Shown one piece after another: positions 44,498 through 54,419 of a stretch of 64,000 nucleotides of DNA. The stretch lies in contig JAHFRU010000007.1 of assembly GCA_023266115.1 (NCBI GenBank), positions 9,939 to 73,938 on the forward strand, read 5' to 3'. The stretch is from Gammaproteobacteria bacterium (lineage in GTDB: Bacteria > Pseudomonadota > Gammaproteobacteria > VBWC01). The notes under the pieces are model-generated. The model did not search any database. It worked only from the letters and a program-made list of their open reading frames with translations, and was not told the origin of the DNA. Position 1 is the stretch's first letter; each line of letters opens with the position of its first letter. A program made the position numbers and the translations under genes.

Positions 44498-46006
44498 TCA
44501 ATTCGCCCGCAGGCGTGGATCAAACGCGTCACGCACCGCATCGGAGAAAACATTCGCCGCCAGCACCAGAATAAACATGAACGCGAACGCCGCCGTCAGC
44601 GACCACCAGACGACCGGCTCGCGCGCCATTTCCAGACGCGCGCCGTTGATCATATTGCCCCAACTGATCATCGACGGGTCGACCCCGACGCCGACATAGG
44701 AAAGTACCGCTTCCGCGAGCACCAGTCCACTGAAATCCAGCACGACGATGATCAACACAATGTGCATAACGTTCGGCAGAATGTGGCGACTCAGTATTCG
44801 TACATGGGCCACACCAAAGGCCGTTGCCGCCTGCAGATAATCGAGTTCGCGCAGCTTGAGACTTTCGCCGCGCAACAGCCGGCATAACCCGGTCCAGCTG
44901 GTAATACCAAGAATAATGCAGAGAAACAGCAGCCGCGCGTCGGCGCGATCGGCCACCGTTTCGAACGCCTCCGGGTGATTCGCCATATAGACCTGCAGCG
45001 CCAGTATCGACGCGGCGATCAGCAGCACGCCCGGTATTGAATTCAGCGTGGTATAGATATATTGAATGATGTCATCGATCCAGCCCCGAAAATAACCGGC
45101 CATCACCCCGAGACTGATTGCGAACGGCAGCATGATCAACGTCGTCAACGTGCCGATCACCAGGCCGGTGCGTATACTTTTCAGGGTCTGATACAACACG
45201 TCCTGCCCGACCTTGTCGGTACCGAACACGTGATATTTCCCGCTAAGTTCAATCAACACCATGGCGCCGACCAGCATGATTGCCAGCGTCAGCAGTACCA
45301 CGTGCCACGCCATGGCGGTTTGGACACGCACGATCCGGGCAAGCGTCGCCGCTGACGTCGCGCGGTAGTGTCGGGCCAGCAGCATCACGATGGCCAGCGA
45401 CACCAGCACGGCGATGCCGATGCCCTTCATCAAGCCAGCCGATACCGTAACAACGATGTCGGCACTTTGCTCCGTCTCCGGATCGCGCAAATGGGCGCCG
45501 CCATACTGCAGGCGCGGGTAGACGCGCTGTTGCGTGCCGTCCGGAAGCTCCTGCATCTCCCTGGCGTACAGATGCGCTGCCAATGGCGCCGAGTAGGTCT
45601 TCTCCACGCGCAACCGCAACGGCTCCACCAGTTTGTCGAAAACGCTTAGCACCTCAACCGAATGTCCGCCCGATTCACTAGCGTCGACCGACAGCAGCGG
45701 CTCACGGAAATGCATCGAGTCCAGCAGGCCGACCAGCACGTAAGCGCCCAGCACCACCAATGCGGCCATGCCGGCGCGGCTGCGCCATACGCGGCGCCAT
45801 GGCGCGCGCAGATGTTCATGCTGGCGCGAATAGATCACCACGCCGGCGATCACCAGCACCAGCAGATAAATCAGCACGTCGGTCCACAGAAAAACGGGTT
45901 TGAGGCCGAACATCGCAATCACCCCCGTAACAGCCATGCCCGCCACGACCAGCATTACCAGCATTAGCAGCACGGGTCGATTTTTGTATCGAGGCATCGT
46001 GTTCAT
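44498..46006 (-). CDS. Peptide-type ABC transporter permease (YejE/DppC-like) with long N-terminal extension
   Basis: 502 aa. The C-terminal 300 aa form a DppC-type permease. The N-terminal ~190 aa add TM helices. Confidence 0.85.
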   Translation of the reverse strand: MNTMPRYKNRPVLLMLVMLVVAGMAVTGVIAMFGLKPVFLWTDVLIYLLVLVIAGVVIYSRQHEHLRAPWRRVWRSRAGMAALVVLGAYVLVGLLDSMHFREPLLSVDASESGGHSVEVLSVFDKLVEPLRLRVEKTYSAPLAAHLYAREMQELPDGTQQRVYPRLQYGGAHLRDPETEQSADIVVTVSAGLMKGIGIAVLVSLAIVMLLARHYRATSAATLARIVRVQTAMAWHVVLLTLAIMLVGAMVLIELSGKYHVFGTDKVGQDVLYQTLKSIRTGLVIGTLTTLIMLPFAISLGVMAGYFRGWIDDIIQYIYTTLNSIPGVLLIAASILALQVYMANHPEAFETVADRADARLLFLCIILGITSWTGLCRLLRGESLKLRELDYLQAATAFGVAHVRILSRHILPNVMHIVLIIVVLDFSGLVLAEAVLSYVGVGVDPSMISWGNMINGARLEMAREPVVWWSLTAAFAFMFILVLAANVFSDAVRDAFDPRLRAN

Positions 46007-46007
46007 G

Positions 46008-46985
46008 TCAGACCAGCCGTATACGGGGATCGACCAGCGTGTAGGAAATGTCCGTCAGTATCAGCCCCACGATGTACAGCGCGGAACCTAGAAACACCAT
46101 GGCGCGGACGATGGCAAAGTCCTGCGAGCCGATCGCATCGATCGTATAGCTACCGAGCCCCGGAATGCCGAAGAACGACTCGAGTATCAGGCTGCCCATG
46201 AATAGCAACGGCAGTATCGCGACCGCCCCGGTCATTATCGGTATCAAGGCGTTCCGTAGCACGTGGCCAAACATCACCTGTGGTTCCGACAAACCTTTCG
46301 CGCGCGCGGTGCGCACATAGTCCCGGCCGATCTCTTCGAGAAAGATAGTGCGGTACCAGCGCGTTCCAGCGCCGATACCGCCTATGATGCCGACGATCAC
46401 CGGCAGGATCACGAAACTGACAGCATCGAAACCGTCGTCGTAACCCGAGATTGGCACCAGATGCAGCAGTTTTCCGACCAGATACTGGCCACCGATGATA
46501 TAGAACAGACTGGATATCGACATCAGCACGACGCACAGGAACACACCCCAGTAATCGATATACGTCGCGCGAAAGAACGCGATCAACAAGGCGAAGGTGA
46601 CGTTCGCGAGAATACCGACAATAAATACCGGGATCGCAATCGCCAGGCTCGGCCACATACGTTGACTGATGTCGTAACCGATGTCGCGCCCGGCATCGGA
46701 ACTGCCAAACCGGAAGGCGAACAGGCTGACCGATTTCTCGAAGAAAATCGTATTGGTGACAGACCTGGCGCCGTCTTCCGCGCGGTTTAGCAGCAGCGGT
46801 TTGTCATAGCCCCGCTCCTGTTTCCACTTGTCTACCGCTTCCGGGGTCACACGCTTCATGCCGAGATGCATGCGCGCCATATCGTCCGGCGAGTTGACGA
46901 CGAAAAACAGGAAAAAGGTGATCAGATTGACGCCAATCAGGATCGGCACCGCATAGAAAACGCGCCGGAGTATATAGGCTAGCAT
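46008..46985 (-). CDS. Peptide-type ABC transporter permease (YejB/DppB-like)
   Basis: Starts MLAYILRRVFYAVPILIGV, a typical DppB/OppB N-terminus, at 46985. The ORF-track start (47042) overlaps the SBP gene. Confidence 0.88.
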   Translation of the reverse strand: MLAYILRRVFYAVPILIGVNLITFFLFFVVNSPDDMARMHLGMKRVTPEAVDKWKQERGYDKPLLLNRAEDGARSVTNTIFFEKSVSLFAFRFGSSDAGRDIGYDISQRMWPSLAIAIPVFIVGILANVTFALLIAFFRATYIDYWGVFLCVVLMSISSLFYIIGGQYLVGKLLHLVPISGYDDGFDAVSFVILPVIVGIIGGIGAGTRWYRTIFLEEIGRDYVRTARAKGLSEPQVMFGHVLRNALIPIMTGAVAILPLLFMGSLILESFFGIPGLGSYTIDAIGSQDFAIVRAMVFLGSALYIVGLILTDISYTLVDPRIRLV

Positions 46986-47001
46986 CGGCTGGCGCCCCGT
47001 T

Positions 47002-49161
47002 TCATGCGGTGGCCGCCGCCTGCTGGCGACGCCGGTAGACACGGATCGCCGGCAGCGTTCCGACGACCAGTAGCGCCACGACCAGGATCACGGGCCACAC
47101 CACCGGCCTGTTCCACTCGGTTCGTTTTGCGGCCCGCAGCACCGGATCGATCCGCGTGAATTTCAGCGCGTTGTTGGCCATCAGATTCGGCTTCGTGTTG
47201 TAGTACCACGCATGATACAGACCGAACTGCTTCGGGTGAAAACCCCATATCCATGGCGCGTCGCGCCGCGCAATGGCCATCATGTCATCGATGATACGTT
47301 GGCGTTCCAGTCCGTTCTCCATGTTTTTCATCCGCTCGAACAGCCGGTCGAACTCCGCGCTGGCGTAATTGGCGGCATTTTCACCGTTGTGCCTGACCTT
47401 GCCGTTCGGCCCGCAGAGCAGAAACAGAAAGTTCTCCGGATCAGGGTAATCGGCATTCCAGCCCCATTGAAAGAGCTGCGCCGCGCCCGTGCGCATCTTG
47501 TCCTGGAAGCGGTTGTAATCGGTGTTGCGGATATCCAGTTCGATGTTGAGCTTGCGGAACTGCTTGCGCATCCAGTCCAAACGCGCCTTGTCGTCCGGTC
47601 CGGACGACGCGGGAACATCGTAATGCAGCACCAGCGCATTGCCGGTCGCGGCATCGCGACCGTCGGGGTAACCGGCCTCCGCAAGCAGGCGCCGGGCAAT
47701 TTCCAGAGCCTTGCGCCGCGGTGCGTTGCCAACCCAGTCATAGACAAACGGATTGATGCCAGTCGCACCGTCAACATAGCCGAAGATGCCTGGCGGGATC
47801 GGGCCCTGCGCCGGAATACCGCGGCCGTTCAGGAAAATCGAAATGTATTCCTCGTAATCGAGCGCGATCGATACCGCCTGACGCAGCTTGCGCGCGCGCT
47901 CGCTGTCGCCGCCCACCACCGGGTCCAGCATGTTGAAACCAAAGTAATACGTCGAGGCGCCCACGGCGGTCTGCAAACGTATCCCCTTGCTCTGCATCTC
48001 ATCGGTCAAGGTGGCCTCGCCCCCGGCGCCGAAGCGTATCGCCTGATCGAAACTGTCCGAACTGATGCCGGACGAGTCGTAATAGCCCTGCTGAAACTTG
48101 TTCCAGTACGGAATGGACTCTTTCTCGAGACTGAACACCACGCGTTCAATAAACGGGATCGGTTCGCCGGCATCCGCCAGCAATCCCGCTGCCGCATCGC
48201 CAGCCTCGCCGGCCGCCGGATAGACCTCACCGTGAAAATTCGGGTTGCGATCCATGACCATTTGCCGATTCGGATTGTTCTCGACCAGCATGTAGGGCCC
48301 GGTGCCAACCGGCCACCAGTCCAGCGACAGATTTTTCTCGGCAAATCCGGGCTGCGCGTAGAACCGGTCGGCCTCAGGCGGCACCGGCGCGAAGAACGGC
48401 ATCGCCAGCCAGTACAACATCTGCGGATACTTGCCGCGCACCTTGAGGCGATACGTGTACCGGTCAACCACCTGCGCCCCTTCCAGCGGGTACTCCGCCA
48501 GATCGAGGAATTCTCGATCGCCCTGCGCTTTCGCCGCCGCCACCAGTGTTTCGCCGTACTCCTTCAGGCCGACGATATATTCCGTCATCAACCCGAATAT
48601 CGGCGATTGCAGTTTCGGATGCGCGAGCCGCTTGATCTGATAGACATAGTCGGCGGCCACCAGCTCGCGACTGCCGGTTTGGTTGAAATCGGCCAGCGTC
48701 CGGACGCTGGCGACCGCCTCCGCGGACAAGGCATGGTAAAGAAAGCCACCACGCGAGTCGGTGGCAAACGCGGGGTGCGGCTGATAGCGGACGCCCGCCC
48801 GGATGCGGATATTATAAATACTGAATAAGATCTGATCCGGCGCGGCATCGTCCGGCAAGGTCTGTCCGTTCTGGTCGACGAATACCGGCTGAGGAAGCTC
48901 GACTGCGGTCAATGGAACCAGCTCGTACGGGCGTTTCAGGTAATCATATTGCAGCGGTGGCTCGTAGATCTGACCGGTGAATACCACTTCATTCGAACTG
49001 TAGGATTGGGCGGGATCCAGATGTTTCGGTTTTTCCGAAAACGACGAATAAAGAATATTCCTGTGGTCGTCGGAGGCGGGATAGGGATTATTCCATGGCC
49101 GGTCGCCGCAGGCGGATAACGCCGTCACGACCATGAATACCAGCGTTGTCCGGCATCCCAT
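47002..49161 (-). CDS. Family-5 extracellular solute-binding lipoprotein (YejA/OppA-like)
   Basis: Start at 49161 gives MGCRTTLVFMVVTALSAC with a lipobox. Large SBP_bac_5-type body. Confidence 0.85.
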   Translation of the reverse strand: MGCRTTLVFMVVTALSACGDRPWNNPYPASDDHRNILYSSFSEKPKHLDPAQSYSSNEVVFTGQIYEPPLQYDYLKRPYELVPLTAVELPQPVFVDQNGQTLPDDAAPDQILFSIYNIRIRAGVRYQPHPAFATDSRGGFLYHALSAEAVASVRTLADFNQTGSRELVAADYVYQIKRLAHPKLQSPIFGLMTEYIVGLKEYGETLVAAAKAQGDREFLDLAEYPLEGAQVVDRYTYRLKVRGKYPQMLYWLAMPFFAPVPPEADRFYAQPGFAEKNLSLDWWPVGTGPYMLVENNPNRQMVMDRNPNFHGEVYPAAGEAGDAAAGLLADAGEPIPFIERVVFSLEKESIPYWNKFQQGYYDSSGISSDSFDQAIRFGAGGEATLTDEMQSKGIRLQTAVGASTYYFGFNMLDPVVGGDSERARKLRQAVSIALDYEEYISIFLNGRGIPAQGPIPPGIFGYVDGATGINPFVYDWVGNAPRRKALEIARRLLAEAGYPDGRDAATGNALVLHYDVPASSGPDDKARLDWMRKQFRKLNIELDIRNTDYNRFQDKMRTGAAQLFQWGWNADYPDPENFLFLLCGPNGKVRHNGENAANYASAEFDRLFERMKNMENGLERQRIIDDMMAIARRDAPWIWGFHPKQFGLYHAWYYNTKPNLMANNALKFTRIDPVLRAAKRTEWNRPVVWPVILVVALLVVGTLPAIRVYRRRQQAAATA

Positions 49162-49250
49162 GTTTTTTTTCACGCTGTCTCCGGGTAACCCGTCTCGTAT
49201 GCGCGTCATTATCGAGCATTCCCCGTTTGCCGGACAACACAAAGCAGCCG

Positions 49251-49378
49251 CCATTCCGGCCAAGCGAGCGGATGCGAGCGCGAGCCGGAATCCAGTCCGC
49301 AACGAAGCCGCTGCCTTACCGCTGCGGCACGGCCGTTCGTAATCCGAGGGACTGGATTCCCGCTTTCGCGGGAATGAC
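49251..49378. repeat. R1 composite palindromic repeat
   Basis: cattccggccaagcgagcggatgcgagcgcgagccggaatccag...cgtaatccgagggactggATTCCCgctttcgcGGGAATgac. The second hairpin fits ATTCCC-N8-GGGAAT. Confidence 0.8.
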
Positions 49379-49544
49379 GAGCTTTAGCCTTCGTTTGCTT
49401 GTCGAAAACTGTCAACCGTCCGCCCCGTTCGACTTCGCACGGGCACTGCCCAACCTCTGTCGGCATCGACTCCCATGGTATCATTGCGCGATCCGGCGAT
49501 GTGTGTCGCAACAATAACTGGCTAACCGAAGACGGGGTAGGTAT

Positions 49545-50342
49545 ATGGGATTTCTCAGCGGCAAACGGGCGTTGATCGTCGGCCTGGCAAGCAACCGGTC
49601 CATCGCATGGGGAATCGCGGACGCCATGCGGCGCGAGGGCGCGGAACTCGCGTTCACGTTCCAGAACGAGAAGCTGCAGTCGCGTGTCGAGAAAATGGCC
49701 GCGGAATGCGGCTCGACTCTGACGTTTCCGTGCGACGTCGCCAGCGACGAACAGATCGCCGCCGTGTTCAGCGAGCTGGCGAAGACCTGGGACGGCCTGG
49801 ATATTATCGTACACTCGGTCGCGTTCGCGCCGCGCGAGGAACTGGAAGGCTCGTATCTGGAAAAGGTGACGCGCCAGGGTTTCCAGATGGCGCACGACAT
49901 CAGCTCCTACAGCTTCGTGGCGCTCGCCAAGGCGGGACACAGCATGATGAAAGGCCGTAACGGTGCGCTGGTGACGCTGAGTTACCTCGGCGCGGAGCGC
50001 GTTATTCCGAACTACAACGTGATGGGTCTGGCCAAGGCCAGCCTCGAGGCGAACGTGCGTTATATGGCACAGTCGCTGGGCCCGGAAGGCATACGCGTCA
50101 ACGCGATTTCGGCTGGCCCGATCCGGACGCTGGCGGCATCCGGTATCGCCAATTTCAGGAAACTGCTCGATTCGTTCGCCAAGGTGGCGCCACTGCGGCG
50201 TAACGTGACGATCGAGGAAGTCGGCAATACCGCGGCTTTTCTGTGTTCCGATCTTGCGTCCGGCATCACCGGCGAGATTACCTATGTCGATTGCGGCTAC
50301 AACATCACCGGCATGGGGCCGCTGGAAGTTCAGGCAGACTGA
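49545..50342 (+). CDS. fabI: Enoyl-[acyl-carrier-protein] reductase (NADH) FabI
   Basis: 265 aa. [25 protein letters not shown]... matches FabI over its full length. Confidence 0.93.
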   Translation: MGFLSGKRALIVGLASNRSIAWGIADAMRREGAELAFTFQNEKLQSRVEKMAAECGSTLTFPCDVASDEQIAAVFSELAKTWDGLDIIVHSVAFAPREELEGSYLEKVTRQGFQMAHDISSYSFVALAKAGHSMMKGRNGALVTLSYLGAERVIPNYNVMGLAKASLEANVRYMAQSLGPEGIRVNAISAGPIRTLAASGIANFRKLLDSFAKVAPLRRNVTIEEVGNTAAFLCSDLASGITGEITYVDCGYNITGMGPLEVQAD

Positions 50343-51610
50343 CGGTCAGTCAGCACGTCTTTTTCACCCTCAAGCCGCGCAATGATCACAGCGCCGCAGG
50401 CGTCGCTGAACACGTTGACGGCAGTGCGGCACATGTCCAGCACCCGGTCGACGGCCAGGATCAGCCCGATACCCTCGGCCGGCAGGCCGATCGCCGTCAG
50501 GATGATCGCAATCGCCACCAGGCTTGCGGCCGGAATACCAGCGACACCGATCGACGTCAGCAGCGCGAGGAGCACAATCACAAACTGCTGTGCCACCGTC
50601 AGCTCCAGCCCGTAGGCCTGGGCAATGAACATCGCGGCGACGCACTCATACAGCGCGGTGCCGTCCATGTTCACCGTCGCCCCCAGCGGAATCACAAAAC
50701 TCGCGGTACGATTCGATACACCGGCATTCCTTTCCACGCATTCCATGGTCACCGGCACGGTTGCGGAGGATGATGCCGTCGAAAACGCGGTCAGCAGCGC
50801 CGGTGCCATCGCGCGGTACTGGCGCAACGGACTGACGCTGCCGATGAATCGCAACAATAGCGGAAAGGTCACCAGCATATGAATCAGCAACCCGCCCAGC
50901 ACGGTGAAGAAAAACACCGCCAGCGGCTTGAACGCAGCAAAGCCGGTACTCGCGACGACCTTGGCCACCAGGCCAAACACGCCGAGCGGCGCGAATTTCA
51001 TGACCAGTTCGGTGATCAGCATCATGACGTCGTAGACGCCCTGCCAGAACCGTTGCAGCGCGCCGCCGGATGATTCCGGAATTCTCGTCATGAAATAGCC
51101 GAACAGCAGACTGAAAAAGATCAGGCCGAGCATCTCCCCGTCGGCGGCAGCCTGGACAACGTTGGTCGGGATCATGCGCAGAAAGATGTCGACAACGTCG
51201 CCGGCATCCTTGCCCGCCACCTTCTCGGTCACCGCTGCAGCATCCTCGCTGAGACCGATGATCTCGCGCGCCGGTGCGCCATCGACGATGCCCGGCTGCG
51301 TCAGATTGACCAGGAAAAGGCCGGTCAGGATCGCAAACAGGGTCGTCGACAGATAGTACAACACAGTCCTGCCGCCAAGACGCCCGAACGCCCCGCTGTT
51401 TCCGGCCCCCGCGATACCGACAATGATTGACGAGACGATCAGCGGAACGATGATCATTTTCAGCGCATTGAGAAACAATGTGCCGATGAAGTCGTAGACT
51501 TCGAAACAGGTGACACCAAACATGCCGGCTGTGGTGCCGGACAGGCTGCCCGCCGCCAGCGCGAGCAACAGCGCGATCAATATCTGCCAGTGGAGTTTAC
51601 GCGGCCACAT
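50330..51610 (-). CDS. Dicarboxylate/amino acid:cation symporter (GltP/DctA family)
   Basis: 426 aa multi-TM protein with the SDF-family motif [10 protein letters not shown]. Confidence 0.88.
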   Translation of the reverse strand: MWPRKLHWQILIALLLALAAGSLSGTTAGMFGVTCFEVYDFIGTLFLNALKMIIVPLIVSSIIVGIAGAGNSGAFGRLGGRTVLYYLSTTLFAILTGLFLVNLTQPGIVDGAPAREIIGLSEDAAAVTEKVAGKDAGDVVDIFLRMIPTNVVQAAADGEMLGLIFFSLLFGYFMTRIPESSGGALQRFWQGVYDVMMLITELVMKFAPLGVFGLVAKVVASTGFAAFKPLAVFFFTVLGGLLIHMLVTFPLLLRFIGSVSPLRQYRAMAPALLTAFSTASSSATVPVTMECVERNAGVSNRTASFVIPLGATVNMDGTALYECVAAMFIAQAYGLELTVAQQFVIVLLALLTSIGVAGIPAASLVAIAIILTAIGLPAEGIGLILAVDRVLDMCRTAVNVFSDACGAVIIARLEGEKDVLTDRQSA

Positions 51611-51786
51611 GACGGCCGATTATAACAGCGGTATTGCCTGACGCGATCAAATCGGCACAGAAACCGGATGCAACGGGTAGCGAGCCGTTGGTCGGCACAC
51701 CGCTTTCACCACGCGAGATGACGCCAATGGATACCCCGCCACATGCCGCAAAACGACAACATCGCCCGAATTCCGGGCTGGACCCG

Positions 51787-53685
51787 TTATATCTGCGACT
51801 CGTATCGGGTGATATCGGCGCGCTTCACGAGGCCGCTGACCACCGACCGCTGCTCCGCAGTACCCCGCGTGCGCGCGTCTGTCTCACGCAGACTGGTGCG
51901 CGCCGCGTCGTCGAGCGCTGCAAGGTCGCCGTCCTTCACCACGGTAAGCCTCACTATCGCGTAGTCGCCGTCGGCCAGAGCAATGCCACGATACAGGGCC
52001 TGGTTTGCGGCGGGCCTGCCAACGCTGAACGCGGCAGTGACAATCGCCGCATCCATCGCCGGATCGTTACGCTTGATGAATTTGGCCTCGTTCCAGACCG
52101 CTTTGTGTGCGTGCGCGACCGCCACATGATCGCTGTCGTCCTGCAATTTCGCCAACAGGTCGGCACCAAACGTTCTGGTTTTTTCCCGCGCCTGTTCGTT
52201 ATGCAGCTGACTGATGATCTCGTCCCTGACCTCTGCCAATGGCCGCGTTGCGGACGCCTTGCGCTCGTTTACCCGGATGACAACCACGTGATCCGGTCCT
52301 ATCTCGATCGGAACGCTGTTGTTACCTTCTCGGTAGACCTCGTCACTGAAAGCCGCTTCGCGTACCGCCGCATTCGCGGCAATACCACCGCCGGTCGCAC
52401 GATCGAAGAAATTACTGGTGTTTACTTCAAGTGCGAGCGCCTGTGCCGCAACGGTCAGCGTGTCCGGATGTTCAAAGGCGGTGTTCGCGAGTATTTCTGC
52501 GCGATCAAAAAACAGCTCTTCGGCAGTGCGTCGCCGTAAATCGTTTTCAATCTGGTCACGTACCTCGTCGAAACTTCTACCACCACCGGTTTGTATGCCC
52601 GTCAGCTTGATGATGTGAAAACCGAACGCGCTCTTAACAACGTCGCTGATATCACCGGTTTTTTCGAGTGCAAAGGTCGCTTCCTCAAACGCCTTGTCCA
52701 TAATACCGGCGCCGAAGAATCCGAGATCGCCACCGTTGCCGCTCGAGCCTTTGTCCTCGGAATATTCCTTGGCCAGCTTTCCAAATGACTCGCCCGCGAT
52801 CGCCCGCTGACGCAGTTTCTCGGCTTTTTGACGGGCGGCCTCGACGTCATCGCCGAATTCGATCAGCACGTGGCTGGCGCGCCGTTGATCTTCCGCCGCG
52901 AACTCGCTGCGCCTGGCCTCATAGGACTCGCGAACGCGATCTTCATCCACCTGAACGGATTTCATCAAGTCGTCAACCGAAAGGTCTATGTAATCGACAC
53001 GCGCCTGCTCGGGGAGTGCATACCTCTCGTGATTGCTTGCGTAGTAACTGTTGACGGCCTCCTCATCAACGACCACGTCACCGGAAAAACGGCTTAACGG
53101 CACGGTCAGATAACTGACTTCGCGCTGCTGATCACGCAATTGCACGACGCGGCTCAGATCTGCCCCCGTAATAAACGTGGTGTCCGCGATACCACTCATA
53201 AATTGATCGAGCAGCATCATGCGTCCGACGCGCCCTTCGAACGATGCCGGTGTTTCTCCCTGGCTGCGCAACAGGCGCTCGTACCGGGCGGGGTCGAAAT
53301 TACCGTCGGTCTGCAGGTCGGGAAGACCGCGAACCTCGGCAGCGATCTGCTGGTCATTGATCCGGTAGCCGGCTTTCGTCGCCGCCTGGACCGTCACTTC
53401 CTCTTCGATCATGTTATCGAGCACGCGACGCTTCAGCCCGAGGCTTTCAAGCATGGCGGGATCGAAGCCCGAACCCAGCGACTGTTGCAGTCTGGCGCGG
53501 GTAAGTTGAAAGGCCTGCTGATATTGCCGCACCGGTATCTGTACATCATTGACCTTGGCGACATACTGTGCGGCATTCGGTTTGATGTATTCGTTGATGC
53601 CCCACAAGGCGAACGGAATCACCAGCAAAATAACTATTGTCCACGCTACCCAGCCTTGTGCTTTTGTTCGAATCAGCTCAAGCAT
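51787..53685 (-). CDS. ppiD: Periplasmic chaperone / peptidyl-prolyl isomerase PpiD
   Basis: 632 aa. N-terminal anchor MLELIRTKAQGWVAWTIVILLVIPFALWG and a parvulin block (SSGNGGDLGFF...FGFHIIKL). Sits in the conserved position next to hupB. Confidence 0.9.
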   Translation of the reverse strand: MLELIRTKAQGWVAWTIVILLVIPFALWGINEYIKPNAAQYVAKVNDVQIPVRQYQQAFQLTRARLQQSLGSGFDPAMLESLGLKRRVLDNMIEEEVTVQAATKAGYRINDQQIAAEVRGLPDLQTDGNFDPARYERLLRSQGETPASFEGRVGRMMLLDQFMSGIADTTFITGADLSRVVQLRDQQREVSYLTVPLSRFSGDVVVDEEAVNSYYASNHERYALPEQARVDYIDLSVDDLMKSVQVDEDRVRESYEARRSEFAAEDQRRASHVLIEFGDDVEAARQKAEKLRQRAIAGESFGKLAKEYSEDKGSSGNGGDLGFFGAGIMDKAFEEATFALEKTGDISDVVKSAFGFHIIKLTGIQTGGGRSFDEVRDQIENDLRRRTAEELFFDRAEILANTAFEHPDTLTVAAQALALEVNTSNFFDRATGGGIAANAAVREAAFSDEVYREGNNSVPIEIGPDHVVVIRVNERKASATRPLAEVRDEIISQLHNEQAREKTRTFGADLLAKLQDDSDHVAVAHAHKAVWNEAKFIKRNDPAMDAAIVTAAFSVGRPAANQALYRGIALADGDYAIVRLTVVKDGDLAALDDAARTSLRETDARTRGTAEQRSVVSGLVKRADITRYESQI

Positions 53686-53807
53686 CGTCTCTTTTCCGTA
53701 TTGTCGGTTTACAACGAGTGATTACTACTGTAGCCAGCGATGAACCTGCGCTTAGCCCGAAAATTAAAAAAGGCGCACCTGCTAGTGGTGCGCCTTTTGT
53801 CGTAGAT

Positions 53808-53884
53808 TGGCGGAGTGGACGGGACTCGAACCCGCGACCACCGGCGTGACAGGCCGGCATTCTAACCAGCTGAACTACCACTCC
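53808..53884 (-). tRNA. tRNA-Asp (GTC)
   Basis: Reverse complement is GGAGTGGTAGTTCAGCTGGTTAGAATGCCGGCCTGTCACGCCGGTGGTCGCGGGTTCGAGTCCCGTCCACTCCGCCA. It folds as a cloverleaf with anticodon loop CTGTCAC. Confidence 0.95.
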
Positions 53885-53893
53885 TGCATTGAC

Positions 53894-53969
53894 TGGTGGG
53901 TGCTGAGGGGATCGAACCCCCGACATTCGCCTTGTAAGGGCGACGCTCTCCCAGCTGAGCTAAGCACCC
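53894..53969 (-). tRNA. tRNA-Val (TAC)
   Basis: Reverse complement is GGGTGCTTAGCTCAGCTGGGAGAGCGTCGCCCTTACAAGGCGAATGTCGGGGGTTCGATCCCCTCAGCACCCACCA. Confidence 0.95.
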
Positions 53970-53981
53970 CTAAGGAGGCCG

Positions 53982-54254
53982 CTATTTTATGGCATCCTTG
54001 AAGGCCTTACCAGCCCTAAATGCAGGCGTTTTCGATGCCCTGATCCTGATTTCTTCCCCCGTCTGCGGATTCCGACCCTTGCGCGCGGCGCGCTTGCGCA
54101 CGGTAAACGTGCCAAATCCAACCAGCGTTACCTGATCCCCTTTCTTGAGGGCCTTGGTCACTGAAGTCGTCATCGCGTCTATGGCACGCCCGGCGGCCGC
54201 CTTCGACATATCAGTCGAGTTCGCAATCGCATCCACTAAGTCTGATTTATTCAC
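53982..54254 (-). CDS. hupB: Nucleoid protein HU beta
   Basis: 90 aa. [11 protein letters not shown]...[24 protein letters not shown]... Confidence 0.95.
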   Translation of the reverse strand: MNKSDLVDAIANSTDMSKAAAGRAIDAMTTSVTKALKKGDQVTLVGFGTFTVRKRAARKGRNPQTGEEIRIRASKTPAFRAGKAFKDAIK

Positions 54255-54419
54255 GGTTGTTTACTCCTTACGTTGAACAACGGAGAAAGAGCAACATTTT
54301 ACGGGCAGCCTTAAGGCTGAAATTGTTATACCAACTGCCCGAAAGCCGTGTCAAGCAATACTTTCCGGCGATAATCGCCGGAAAGTATTGCGCAAAAAAA
54401 GCGGCGGGGGTGATGCGTG